NCBI GenBank assembly: GCA_040954595.2
Contig: CM082580.2
Coordinates: 6,331,519-6,395,518 of the forward strand
Direction: 5' to 3'
Length of the DNA: 64,000 nt
Origin: Balanoglossus misakiensis
Lineage: Eukaryota; Animalia; Hemichordata
Shown: positions 1 through 14,200 of the stretch, in pieces
Numbering within the stretch: position 1 is the stretch's first letter
Layout: each line of letters opens with the position of its first letter
The notes under the pieces: generated by a model
Databases searched by the model: none
What the model was told of the DNA's origin: nothing
Seen by the model: the letters and a program-made list of their open reading frames with translations, nothing else
Program-made: the position numbers and the translations under genes

Positions 1-3000
1 AATGATGCAGAAATTTGAAACAGTGAAGACAAAATGATCATTTTTATATTATTTAGTCTAGTAAAAAAATAAAACAAGGAAAGAGATGTTTCTAGACCTG
101 TGTTATTTCAAACATCATTTTTATAAAGGATGAATATTGGAGATCAATATTTTACCATTTATTGATGATAGGTTCAGTTTTTTTAATGTTCAGATCAATA
201 CCTTAGACATAATTGATTATATCACAGACCATACTCATTGATTATCACTGTATGTTTGTGTGTGTATATATATTTTTTTATAAAGAATTTTTTATTGATA
301 CTCATGCAGTCCTACTATCAAATTTATAACTGAAAGACTATATTTTCTGATGTGATGCTATTATACACAAATTGCTTCTTTAAATCTAATCTTTCTCTAT
401 GATCCAATCATGCCAGAATTTCGTTTCAATGGGGATGTCATTATATAATGCTTCCAGGAACAGAATTTTCTAATTGCTATAGTTATAAAGAAACTATTAA
501 AATTAAAATTATATCAGTATTTTTAAATCAAAAATGACATTCTCAATTACAGTTTACTTCGAACAGCTGAGTAAATAATATCCTCTATATTCTTGTTACA
601 ATATCCTCTCTCTCTATTCCAAGTGATTCTCTCTTCCATTGTAATTTTAAAATCCTTTCCGGAAAGCAACCGAGTTTCAGCTGGTCAAAGGTCAGGGGAT
701 GGTGAGATTGATTATGTCGTTTTTGCAAAACCAAATTAACGAGATATTTTAATTAAACTTTACCCTTGCATTTTAAGTAATTATCTAAAATGTAAAAATA
801 GCAATTTTAATCCTGTTATGCAAATGTATCAAATTCCAGTTCCACTTATGTATGTAATTTTGATTAATTTGCTGGCTTTTCTTCTGTCATTGGGCAAATG
901 ATACTAAACAGAAATACTAACCATTCCATGGGCTTGTCTTGTCATTTAGTGAATTTTAGACCACCACCATGCAAGTGTGTGGGCAAGGAAAGATTTCTTG
1001 CTAGAAATATCTGAGCTTGCAAGGTTATTTTAGCTTTTGTAAAATCTATTTTTTGAAATTTATCCAGAAATATCACGGTGACCATGGAAATGTATATCAT
1101 TAAAAAAATTAACAATTACATTTCCTAAAAATAGTAATTTTGTACAAAAATGCAAGGATATGAATCCTGTAATAATGAATGCGGAAACGCAAGACAAGGC
1201 TCAGCACTGCTGATGGAGAAACCTGAAAATACAGGTTTCTGTTTCTTGTTCTGGGCAGCGCCCTCTAGCATTCCTGCTGTGATCCTGGGATGAAGACTTT
1301 GTTGTTATGGTTACGCAGTGTGCAAAAATTGAGGTACTTGTTTCCAGAAGGGAATCTTGGTTTGATAAATTTGGGCGTTGTGGAAACGTGATAAACGATA
1401 AAACAAAATGGTGTTGATGCAACCGACCAGTTTCATTCTGTAGCCAACTAATTTGAAAATTAGGTTGTGCAGAGTCAATTATCTGACAGGTATTAAAACA
1501 TACATACATCTAAGGATAAGATCTCTTGGAAATTTTGATCAAAATTCAATCTTGGTAGAGGGCGCTGGCACTGTGTATTTGTCATGGATGACCAGCATGG
1601 CAAAATACCAGCATGGTATGCTCACTTGTAATGAGAATGTGGAGGAATGTTTCTTGATTTCTGGTACACTTCAAAAGGTACGTTGTCATCAAAATTTCGT
1701 ATGTTGAGATGCAGAGAACAAAAGTGACAGACAGACAGACGAGGAATCATACTGACTCTAAATATTGGCAATTTATTGTAAATAGTCCTCAGTTAAAAAC
1801 ACTGAGCATAGTAATTATAAACAATGACATATATGCAAATGAAGGTAACATGCATTTATTACATTGACATTTCAAAAAAATATAGATTGTTTATAAAAAA
1901 TTTGTGAACCCTACCTACATTTCGCAGTAAATATTTGAAAAATCAAAAAGAACAGAAATTTGTGACAAGCGTGACGTCATTCACAAAGTGGAGATTTGTA
2001 AATTGTTGCATGATTTTTGTTCATTTGAGGCACCGAAGATAGGTGACCTGCTTCTTGGACAAACTTGTTCACTGACAGAAATGAAAATTTAGAAACACCG
2101 ATAAAGAGACTACAGAATCAACATGAATCTTTCCAGCAACAATCTGTAAAATCAGGGACAATCTTTGTAATCATCAAAACTAAAATGACTGACTTTAAGT
2201 ACCTTATACCGTATATGAAGTCTGGTAGCCATATACTTCATCTAGAATGTTACATGGACTAGAAGTTTTTTTCTTTCAAACATGCCATAGTGTTTGAATG
2301 CGAGACAACAAAAGTGCAACATGTTTTGCATCAACAGGAAGCATACTCTCCATTCTAATAGGGAAACAATCTTTACCGATACAAGGCGCGCAAATGTCAA
2401 TGTTTGTCAAAATTTTTGGTCAATGTACACAAGAGGCTATTGTACAACGCTCAAAGATGCATTTGCATTTTTAAAATTATTTTCCAAATTATTACATTTT
2501 AGAAGTTAGAGTTTCCAGGGTTTAGGTACAACAGGACATATTTCTGTATGTAGTGGAAGTTTGGGGGTACCCTGGACATGTACTGGCATCTTGTATAAAC
2601 TTAGAATGGAAGAATATAACAGTCTGCATTAAAATTTGCAAGGGGTGACAATTTAATGACCTGTGTGAAACAATGATCTTTGGAAGTACTAGTACATTGT
2701 ACATTCATGCTGATCAGCTAATAGCTGGAGTGGAAGAAGTATACTTTTTTTAACCTATGCAGCTTGTCTGATCTTATAGTTTGCTAAATTCTGATTGGTC
2801 AACTGCTAGTGTCTCGTACCTGATTTCCATATGCAGATGCTTATTTGCAATTCATAAATGGGCATATTGCTAGTACTGTAGTCAACTTTGGAGTCACCAA
2901 ATGTACTAATGTATACACGTTACTAAAGTAATGAGGAAATTTAGCTTGATGGTATTTTCAAACCACTTATTAAGAGGTTTGCTGTTCAAAACAACAAAAC

Positions 3001-5109
3001 ATTAACTTGTTTGAAAGCAATAACTTTATGAATCTTCAGAGAAAGAATTTGCACTATTGCTATTTTCTGTTTGGAAAAAAACCCTAAAAGCTACTGCTCA
3101 AAGTTACAATATTTTGCTATCTAAATATACAAGATATCTAAAGGTATATGGAATAAGTTTCATTACAAACTAGGCTCTGTATATACTTGAGTTTACAAAG
3201 AATACATTCAGAGGCATAGCAACATGGCAATATTGTTGCCTTTGCGAAACATAGCACACCTGAAAACAGCTCCTTGTGCCCATTTGCATCGTGACAAAGC
3301 CAATACAATATAACTGTTAAGAAAATGGTGATGTTCCAATAACCAAGTTCCCACAAGTCGCTCCAAATTTTCACGGCTAATTGAAAAGACGCAAATGGCA
3401 CGAGCAACTGTCAACGGTCTCAGAACAGCACACAATACAAATGACATTGCACAGATGGCATTTCATGACATTACATGACTGGTTCATGACACTATACCGG
3501 TACAAGTATGTCACCATTTTCTTAGTCACAGATTTGCATAATTCACAACTAATTAGAATAATTGTACATGTACATCTAATTTGCATATACCATGGTACAT
3601 CAACAGTCATCAGTAAATCCATAAGATTTAAATTAAATTGTTCTGATATAGAATGATTTCTTAAAGGTATCACTCATCAATAATATGTCTTGAAAGAAAC
3701 CAACAAATCTGACCTTTCCAAGCATACTTGTATACAAGGCTCATGCATCTATATTATCATTTCACTTGGCATGTAGTCAATAATTTTATCCTTTGTATAA
3801 AAAAAAATTCCAACACTGTAAGTAATCTGATTTGTGCGAACTATTAGGGGACACCACTTTCAGTATAATTTACATTTGATGAAAAATTTTATTCCCCTTT
3901 TTCATGCTTGTTCTCATGGCCAGAATTATCACTATTTTAACATTTGGACCAAAAATTCTGAATTTTCCATGAGACGGGCGGAAGTTATGAGATAATCAAG
4001 CATCGGTCATTTGCATATATTATAATTAGAAGCAGAAAAACATCTGATACAGCAAAATCAGAATTTTTTTTCCATAAAAATCATGTAACACTTGATGATA
4101 CTAAACTACACTATTATCTGAAGTTCAAGATTATTTTTTATAAAATAAGTTCTTTGTATATAATTTTAAATTATTTCTATCTTAAAATGTCTATATTTTA
4201 AATTTACTTTTGGTTTTTGATATAAAATCACCTCTCCCTATCAAGAACATGGTTTTAGATGAAGTGGAGGGTAGTCTCCACTTAGCTGTTTTCACACAGT
4301 TTTCTACATACCCCATCTACATTTATAAATTTGAGATGGCATGATAATTGGAAGTACTGAAAATAAATAGTACATAACGCTAGTCTAACCTAACCATCAA
4401 AATTTGGGTGAGAAAATAATAAGCAGCTGGTTTTGTAGATAGAAATAAATGTAGATTCACGTTGTTTTGACTGCAGTTGGCGCTGGAATGTTCTGAAAAA
4501 AGCATGTGATAAAACATTGCAGAAAGTAGGCAATTGCAGTAATGGAAACAAAGGAATCATTTACCTTGAACTTTTCAGAGTACTGGAAAGTGTGATTTCA
4601 AAAGTGCTGACTATTACAGAAAGTCTGTTCCTTGTACATTTTTTAAAAATTTCAAAACTAATTTTTCACTTCAAGGCAGATTTTACTCAATCGCAGAAAT
4701 CTCAGAACAACGAAGATATTAAGGGCAGTAATGTGGGTCATATTGCAGGTTTTTTTTTTAATTGTGGAAGCAATTCAAGTTTTTGCACACAGCAGCAATT
4801 TAAAGCACATGCATCAGCTATGCTGAGTGCATTTAATGCGTTCTTGGTAGAATATATCCAATCTTCTCAGTGTGCTAGTTACAACCAATACACATCAACA
4901 GGCAACAGACAGCTGAAGTGATATTTGCCTGAAATTTATTGGCCTGACTTCTCGCTAAATTGTCCCATTCTTCAGATCACAGTAGTTTTTTTGGCGACAA
5001 CTTGCAGTGTATATGCAATATATGGTATTGATCAAAAAGTAGTATGTTGCCTGTTGATCACATTTGGTTGTATTACTCCAATCCCTGTATTTCAGTTGCT
5101 TTTTGCCAG

Positions 5110-5200
5110 AAACACACATACATACATATGTATGTACAGTACATGCATGTATACATACTGTGATACATACATACATACATACAGTACACACACACACATA
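5110..5200. repeat. Degenerate (CA)/(TACA) microsatellite just downstream of the Myo1d stop codon
   Basis: Runs such as acacacatacatacatatgtatgtac...catacatacatacat...acacacacac. Confidence 0.7.
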
Positions 5201-5246
5201 TCCACTTGCACGATTAAAACTTGCACTGATGTGATAAACGTTGCAT

Positions 5247-8200
5247 CTATTGTGGCGTCGGCCACAGCATTGAGATAGAATCGTTGGATTCCTTCTTGAA
5301 GTCCGGCGCTATATACTGCCCCTTCTGGACGTGGACCACTTTCGTCTTCTTGCCCAGATGACACAACACTTGCGACTCCACTGTTGTTTCCAGGCTCTTC
5401 TTCTGTGTCCTGGGGAGCACACAAAAAAGGTCGGAGGTCAAATGGCAGCTTAGGGGACACAACTCAACGTGTGTGTTTCGACTTTTAACATGGCAATGTA
5501 AAGATATTCCTCCAAATAAGTTCCAAGTGTGCAGATTGTTTTGGTTATATACCTATTCTATTGAGGGGTTGTCTTTAAATATTTTAGCATTGAAAAAGCC
5601 TCCTGTGAATGAAAGGCAACTTTTTACCCAATTTTAGGAGCCACCCAAATAGCTGTGAAACTGTTGCAAACTGGAGCTTAATATTGAAGGAATCTACAGT
5701 ACTCGTATTCTACATCTCAACACTGGACGGATCATATACTTACACCTGCCAGAACCTGCTGAGAACTCCAACCAACTCAGGTACTCTGTTTTCATCTTTG
5801 GTATCCGAGAGACACAACACAAGGTCATTGCCACCTTCCAGTTTGACCACCACCAACTGATCACTCCCTGGGGTAACGCAGATGCCTTTCACCTGTGGAT
5901 ACGTTTTTAAAATGAATAGAAATGTCAGCAAAACATTTTATTTGCCTACATCCTTGTGTTGTTTTGTATTGTACAATACATTGTATTGTACTGTATTTTA
6001 TTTTGTGATGTATTGTTCTGTACTGTGTTGTATTTGTTTTAAATACACAATACACCCAGTAGTAAGCTGACAACAGGAGGTGAATACACAATTTCATGTT
6101 ATTTAATTAACAAAGCAATCGTTACCTGACTGAGTGGAATACCAGGCTTCATTGCTTTGTATTTCTTTCGTGGGTCGAGTTTGTAGATGTGCTTGTCAGT
6201 GATTAACAAAGCCCTGTCTGCCGTCTTATTGCGGTGATTGGTCTGTGCGAGACAAGAACATGCATCAGAACTTTAATCATTATATAAGGAGACATTCCCT
6301 TTTTATGAGATTTGATTGAACACATTGTGCAAAATCCAAGGTTACTATATGCAACAATTTTAATATCAACCGTTTGTGGTGTGAACTAAAATATTTGAGT
6401 ATAACAACACATCTTCTTTTCTACAGAAGAAACATAATCACTGTTTGCCCTTTAGAGGGTTGTCCCTGACGTACCTTTTTACAGTGAGTTGAGAAGAGAA
6501 CAATATTGAATCTGTCGTGAGATTTCAGTTGGCCGCATGAACTGACAAAGGACGCTGTGTCATTGCTATAGCCCACCTGAAAAAAATTGAATGAATCATT
6601 AATGTTAGGCAAAGGTTAACAATATCTGTTAGCAAAATGCAATTATTGAAAGACACATTCATTCTTGATTTACAGGTACATATCATGTATTGGACATGGG
6701 CATGATGTGGCATTACACACATGAAAACAAAAGACAGTCAAACACACTGACTGGGGGCGCTATTCACCAGAATTGAACTGAACCAGCAGCATATACTCTT
6801 CTTTCCTTGAACAAACATGGCATGTATGTGACATGAAATCCTTGATGGAAAGTGGTTTTATGCCTATTTACCGATGACAGATAATTTCCGTGCCAGATGC
6901 GATTGTATCCCCAATCCGGCCGTTTTCCGTTCAAGGCATCCATGGCGGCTATCTTGTTCCGGACTTCTGGGATTTCTTCCTTCTTCAACGGAGACAAAAT
7001 CTTGGCTGCCCGCCACCTGTAAGTAAACACAACCACCAAACCCAATCACATCTCTGCATACTAGCTAACATATTATTTCAGCAAGAAAATCAGTAATTTC
7101 ATCGCAAATCAGTATTCTAGTATAATTCATTCCTTGTACACGTTAAACATAACAGCAACAGTAACAGTGAAATGATATAAATCCAAGTGTTTTATTTGCA
7201 TTATACATAACTTTATAACGTCGTACAACAACCACTACAGGAATAGAAAAAAAAACAGTGCTCGTGTCATGACAGGAGAGAAAGGATATAAATTCAATTA
7301 CTTGTGACAGATTTAGAGGCTTACAACTTACACATTTTTTTGTCAAAAAGTACAACAAACATTTGGAAGAGTAAGATCTTACCTTCTATGCACTCGTTTC
7401 ATTTGCTCTGAGAATTTGCCCAGAACTTTCGGTGGTTGAGGCCATGTCAGCGAGGCGCCATAGTCCGTGGTGGTTTCAACATCTCTGAATGTTTCGATCA
7501 CCTCTTTCATGTACGTCCTGGCTTTGTAAGCCTTGTACGTGCCCATGATCTTGTAGACTGCCCTCATGCGGTGGGCTCGGCGACGCGCCACTGTGCCACG
7601 CCACATCTGGAATAAAATGTCACAAAAGTTTAAAATCAACGGAACAGTTTCCAAATTCTACAAGAGCCTGTGAAATGATGTTAGGCAATTTATATGAGAG
7701 GACATTCTCATGCAACACGTGACAAACAGAAAGAGGCCCATCGCGTAAAAACGTTACAATTTTTTAAAACTCTGCAACTATTCAACAGCTCAGTACGGGA
7801 AAAGATATCACTGAATTATCACTGAAGGTGATTTTGCCACAAAATACACTGTGAATCATCTCAGACCTCCCATCATTTGACATGACCTACGAACTTTGAC
7901 CCCCCTCACCTTCTGAAGGTAGAGCACGATTCCAGGGATGAGTTTCCTTCGCGCCTCCTCCAGCAGGAAGATAGTCTTCGGCGTGCGTACGAACAACTTG
8001 GTCCGGCCGTACTTGACGTCGCTCTCAAATCCTTTGTCCTTCATGAGGAACTCCACTGCTTTCCTGTCAACGCCCCCTCTGAAGTTTGGCCAGGTGTACT
8101 GCGATAACATCTTGTACCTGTAATACGTGAGTGACAACATCAGCTCATGAGAGACCCAAGGAACACCTGGGTGAAATTTACTGGTCAATGAAAGTACTAT

Positions 8201-11200
8201 TCTTTAAAAACAAGTCAAAACCTGTTTGACACGAAAATGAAGGGACCAAAGAAACTGTCCCATTTGCATTTTAAGCGTCTGGTTTACAGATCGGGGTTCT
8301 TTTAACATGTGGTTCTTGGACAATATGTTTGGTATAGACAAGTTTCCAGATTAGATAGGGTGCATTTTAGACAGGTTTACTGTACTGTACACCAGGTTAT
8401 GTCCTCAGCATTGTCAATCATCAAGTCCTCTCACAATGTGTTGTCCAGCACCTTAACTGGTCTACGAACGATACTTCCAAAGCCTCAGACAGCAAATGAC
8501 TCCTTTAGTACTCTTACCGCTGCAGGAATCTGGTGTAGTGTTGCCTGTAGGCGAATCCCGCTCTTCGCACCCGCACGTTCTCCACCAATCCCAGGTACCT
8601 GGCCTGGTGCTCTGCTCTTTCGTCATCAAATGTCAACGGCGACTTCGTCTCGTTGGGTTTGATGCAACGCACGTAGTAGGGTTCCTGCAATATGGGCATA
8701 TATGTATGAAATGACAGGCGATTGCATTAAGAGTTTCTTGTGATTTTCATAATGCCACTTACAATGCGGTAACATCAGCAAGCACTTTTCCCTGTTTAAT
8801 TCATTTTCGTTGGCATGCTTTGGCAAAAAATCCTGGAACATATACATCAAAGAGTCAGGACTTAGATCTGTCAGGGGGTGCTCTCCATGACAGAGAGTGT
8901 CGACGTACTAATGGTCTGATCAAGCAATCAATACTGTGTGATGGTAGATATATGGGACAGTCGTGGTTACCTTGGAGACCAAGTTTTGGATCAGTTCAAT
9001 CATGGATGTCTTGAATACAGTGGCTGCGTTTGCTGGTCTCTTAGTAACCTATAAACAAATCAACACACACACATGTGACTTATTGAACAAAAAAGGTTAA
9101 GTCACTATCTCTCCTCTCTCCATCATTACCCAAGATGTCACTGATATTGTACCAATTGTTTCGCCTTCATGGAATGTATTGCTTCCATGACTACATGTAT
9201 ACACAAAAAAAGACACCAGCAAGCACATCTCTGTGCGACGTTCATCATCTACAAAGGGGTCAGGGTTTAGATCTGAAAACTTCACCATCATCATTAATAG
9301 AATTGTGACTTATTTTATTGAAACCAGACTGACCTCCAGAACTGAGGCTTGACCTTCCGGCCACATTTCACTGAGTGTTTTGTCGTGGCTGCCGAACAAA
9401 AGTCTCTTGAAGTCCTGAAACAGGGTATCTTTGTTTTTATCAATAAAACCATCCACACTGTACCTGTACACAGAATAGAACAAAATGAAAACATAGTACA
9501 ATGTGAGTAAAATGGCTGATTTCATCTTAGTCTCTGCCAGCACCAAAGGGACTGAAGAAATTGTTCGGTTTGCAGAGGTGTTGTTTACAGAGGGTCTTTT
9601 GACATGTGGGTCTATTTTTTGTGACTGGGAAATGTATTTGGTATAGATAATGTTTCCAGATAAGACAGGGTTCAGTTTATACAGGTCTTCATGTAAGGAT
9701 GGAACTTCATATTTCGTGTCAACCTTCAAAAGCTCTCCATCTGTGGGTATGTCTATTATTTAAAGGGAGACATTCTTAAAAAAATTATTGCTCCAAATTA
9801 ACTTCCCTTTGCTTGCAGCCAAACATGGGTCAATACACATCATAGAAAATAATGCTGAACCACAGCAAGTTTTTCATGTTTTTTAATGGCCATTTCTCTT
9901 GCCATCATAGTGACGACTTACGTGACGTAACCAGCATAGTGGCTGATGCGGAAATCTTGGTTGTGAGCCAGGCTTTTCTCCGAGGGTTTGGTCTGTCGAC
10001 TGGTGTAGTGGTTGTGTCTGGCCAGTTTCTGGTCCATGGCTTCAAGGAACATCTGAAAACAAAAGTAAATTACATTAATTTGTATATGATTATTATGTAC
10101 ACGTAGTTCAGTGTGTTTGTGTGGGTTAATGTGCCTGTACTTTCTGTGTGTGTGTGTGTGTTCCTGTCTGTCTATCTGTGTGTATGTTCTACATTTGCTT
10201 GTCACCCAAATATATATATATATCCGTTAAAGTCATTTTATAAGTCGCAGCGGTATTATAAGTCGCACTCCTTCTTTGAAAGACTTGTTTAGGAGGAGAT
10301 TTTAAGGAAATGAATACAACAGAACATTGGTATTATAAGTCGCACCCCTTCTTTGAAAGACTTGTTTGGGAGGAGATTTTAAGGAAATGAATACAACAGA
10401 ACATTGGTATTATAAGTCGCACCCCCTTTTCGTCACACACTGTCACTCAAAAAAGGCGCGTCTTATAAAATGACTTTAACGGTACTCACCACATCAGTGA
10501 CTTTCCCAACATTGATGCAGGCCTCGTCCAGAATGGATATGATACCCTTGTGCTGCTGCTCGATCAGTTCGCAGATGATGCGATTGTTGAAGTAGTCCAC
10601 ATTGGTCCACTCGATGCCCTCGCGGTTGTACTCCTCCTGCTCCTGCTTCAGCACCAACTCGATGAACAGCTGCTGCAGCTTCTCGTTGCAGTAGTTGATG
10701 CAGAACTGCTCAAAGCTGTTGCAGGCAAAAAACCACAACAAACATCACTTTTTTTCAATCACTCAGTTGGGGCAATTTTTCACATACATGTATCCTGATT
10801 TAAATATTTTGAAACAACATACAAGAACTGGTGATACTTGTATTTGATTGATGATATGCAGATGTAGGGTTAAGACACCACCCTGGATACCGATACTGAG
10901 AATATGTATAGTTTGTTAAACTAGAAACTCCACCCTTCAAGTCCTCATATCAAAGATCACTGGGAACAGAGGTGTATATATACTAGTATACACACAAGAG
11001 AATGTTGTGAGAATTTGTATATTTGGATAATTTATGTAATCTTGCTACATAAATGTCATAATGCAGACATCATTTTATTTTTCACTGTTCAACATTGATC
11101 GAGCAAAGTCATAAGAGGAAACTCGCCTGTTTTCTTCAAAGATTTCAAAGCCGTAGATATCCAAGACACCAATCACAGTGCTGTCGCCCACTTCCAGGAT

Positions 11201-14200
11201 GGATCCTCTCACTTCAATCACATCGTTGATTTTCTTGACGATCCAGGAGAACATTCTCTCATACATAGCCTGCAATGATAAATTAAACTCATGAGGATCA
11301 ATATTCAAACAAGTGGCAGTAAGGCAATAAAGGGTTGTATGAATATTGAGTTTACATAAAGTTTACTGTTTAGTTAATTTTCACTATGAAAAATTTGCAA
11401 TGCAAATTTCTCATTAATATGCAGTGATGCAAATATCGAATTTGCATATTCCTTCACCTTAGCTATTGCATCTCTCCCATATTCGGCCTCCTCTTTATTG
11501 TGGCCCTTTTCAATGACTTCTCCCCTGGCAGCCACCACACGGAAACAGAGCGCTTTTTCCAGATCGTCCGGAGACACGTCCAACAGACTTGAAATGGTGG
11601 TCAGCAGCTCTCTGTTGGACACAAAGCTGGTTTCTCTGTCTTCGGTATCAAAGTCCAAGTTACCCTACAAGTGAACATCATAGTTAAACAATTTTTAATG
11701 ATAAGATCCAAGCCGTGAAGAAGAAGTATCTTTCCCGATCTCTTGCGGCACATAACAGCTGATTGTAATATTAACTCTCACCATGTGCAATGTTGCCGCT
11801 ATGACTTTCCAGATGCATTCCTGTTCGCTCGATGTGAATCCCAGCAGTTTCATGGCGCCTGCGTTGTCTCTGTAGTTCTTCCTGTCGTCGATGCTGCCCA
11901 CCTGTGAAAATATCATGCAGAAAAACACATCAGCATATATTCACGAGGTACATCTGGCTACACATAGTACTAGTGGTAGCTGTTGTCATAACAAGGAGCC
12001 AACTCTGGTCAGAAAAGAACAAACACTGTTGATTAAAACCATGGTAACAAGACATATAATAATAGCCCTGGGAAGAGGAACTTGGCCTTTAATTGTGCTT
12101 GAGCAACAAAGAAATCAGGTTACTTTTTAAATTCTAGTATAGTCAATAATGCATGTATGTGAAACAGACTGAGAAGGGTGTTCTGTATAGACAGGTCTCT
12201 GAGTAGTTTAGAAAGAGCCAGCTCAATTTGACAGCTATCACTGTAGTAATACACATTTACTGTCACTGTAGTAATACACATTTACTGTAATTTTATGTAA
12301 AATACACCCGATGAGGGCCATCCACTTTAAACAGTTACCTTTTGTGATTCGCCCTGGTTGGCATAGTGATACATGGCCGCATCTCGCTGAAGATGATATT
12401 TCTGCAGAGTTTCTTCGCTAGCACCTTGCAGCAACTGGTAGATGGCGTGGAAGTTTCTCTCACCAATTTGCTGACGCACGACACGGGACTGCAGAGTTTG
12501 AAGAAAACAGTTAAACACGGTTTAATAAGAAAAGTGCGTGTGGAGTCCATGGATTTTTACTTGTGTGTGGAATCACTGAAAAGGCTAACTTGGAAGCACT
12601 AACATTGGAAAGATGTGTGTGCTATGTCACCAGTTGAAGATCGATGCCCCTTGAGGTGATAGAGAGCGCCCCCAACGACAAATCTTCTAGTTCAGCATAG
12701 TTACTAGCAAGTCAAAGTAGGCGCCAACACTGCTGTACATATGTACATCATTGCAAACAATGTGGTATGGTAGTAAATTTGTACTAGTCTAATTTACTTT
12801 GATTTGCCATGTATTGGATGGCAGAGTCTCCCTGAACAGTGGAAATATTGCTGTGTTACATAAAGAGAAAAGTTGCACATGTTTAGTTCATACGACCCTT
12901 CCCCTTTAAGCTTGTAGTACCATGTAAATTACTACTAATTTATTGCGCAGTTGGTTGACACAGACTACAAGCACCGGTAAGTAGTGGCTGAGCAGTTTAC
13001 TGGAACAAATTTGTCCAAAAGCAGCCATGCTTGCAATATTCAAATATAATGATTCATCGCACCTCTTTTCAAATCAACAAATAAGTAACCTAAAAGCACC
13101 CAAACTTGCAACCCCTGCCAATTCATGACCATAAATTATATTAATTCTGGTCTGGCCTTTACTTCAGGACAGGTCAAACCATAGGAAATAAGGGGTGATA
13201 AGGTTAGAAATGACGGGGTAAAGGAGTCAAAAAGTGACAGAGCCTATGAAATATACTGAAGTATTTTATTACACATTAGGAATATAATGCCATGGTTTCT
13301 CTAAAGCTTGTTGATGGGAATTTCATATGTCAATTTCATGAGACGACTTGTGAAACGGAAACACTGGTGTGTAACTTGATCTAGAGTCTCAGTACACCAG
13401 ACATTGGTATGTGTGTGGTTTTTTTGCTGTTTATTTCACATGGTGACTTAATTTCACTGTCAACCAACATTGACAAATAGACTGTCATATCAGTTTTTGT
13501 ACAGGAGAAACTGTACAAAAAAAAATCATTTTAGCATAAATTATGTTTGTGAAATAAAACTAGTCGAGGAAACAGGGTTGTAACTTTCTGAAACAGTGAA
13601 TCATTAATCTGCAAGGCACTGATGGTGTGTTGGGAAGTATCATAACACCACATCAGTTTGATGTTGTTGGTTTTAAGCCTTGTAACTAAAAATAAGCGAT
13701 TTTTCTCATATCAACCCAACCAGTCAGCAGAATGTAAAACAAGATAACAGGGCTAGAGAAATACATGTAAATGAGTGGGTGTGTGAAGAATGTGTTTAGT
13801 TCAAATACTGTGGGTCTGTTAACCATCATAGTGATGCCATATCATGATAACCTTATAATCCATCATTCTGTGCTTTTTTCTCATAAATACTGCACTGTCT
13901 TGGTCAATATCACACAGGTCACCCTCAGAGATAGTATTAAAATCAATACAAGGCTATCTCTCAATGGGTAAAGTCTCTCATCCTTCTTGTTTCATTATCG
14001 TGTGTTTATGTACACTGGCTGTACAGTCTCGCCTTCGTCAATAAGGAAACAAATTGGGGCAGTACTGGGAGAAATATATTGCACACTTTCTTGTATCGTG
14101 TGGCTACATAGTAACCATGACAGTAAGAAATTATCAGAACAGAGATTAGAAGCTCATTGTTTTATTGATTTGAACTAGCTGACATATATTCATTAGAAAT

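Noticed and set aside
1-5100. Short ORFs at the window start
   Set aside because: AT-rich with no recognisable protein motifs; most likely Myo1d 3' UTR, intergenic DNA and decayed repeats.
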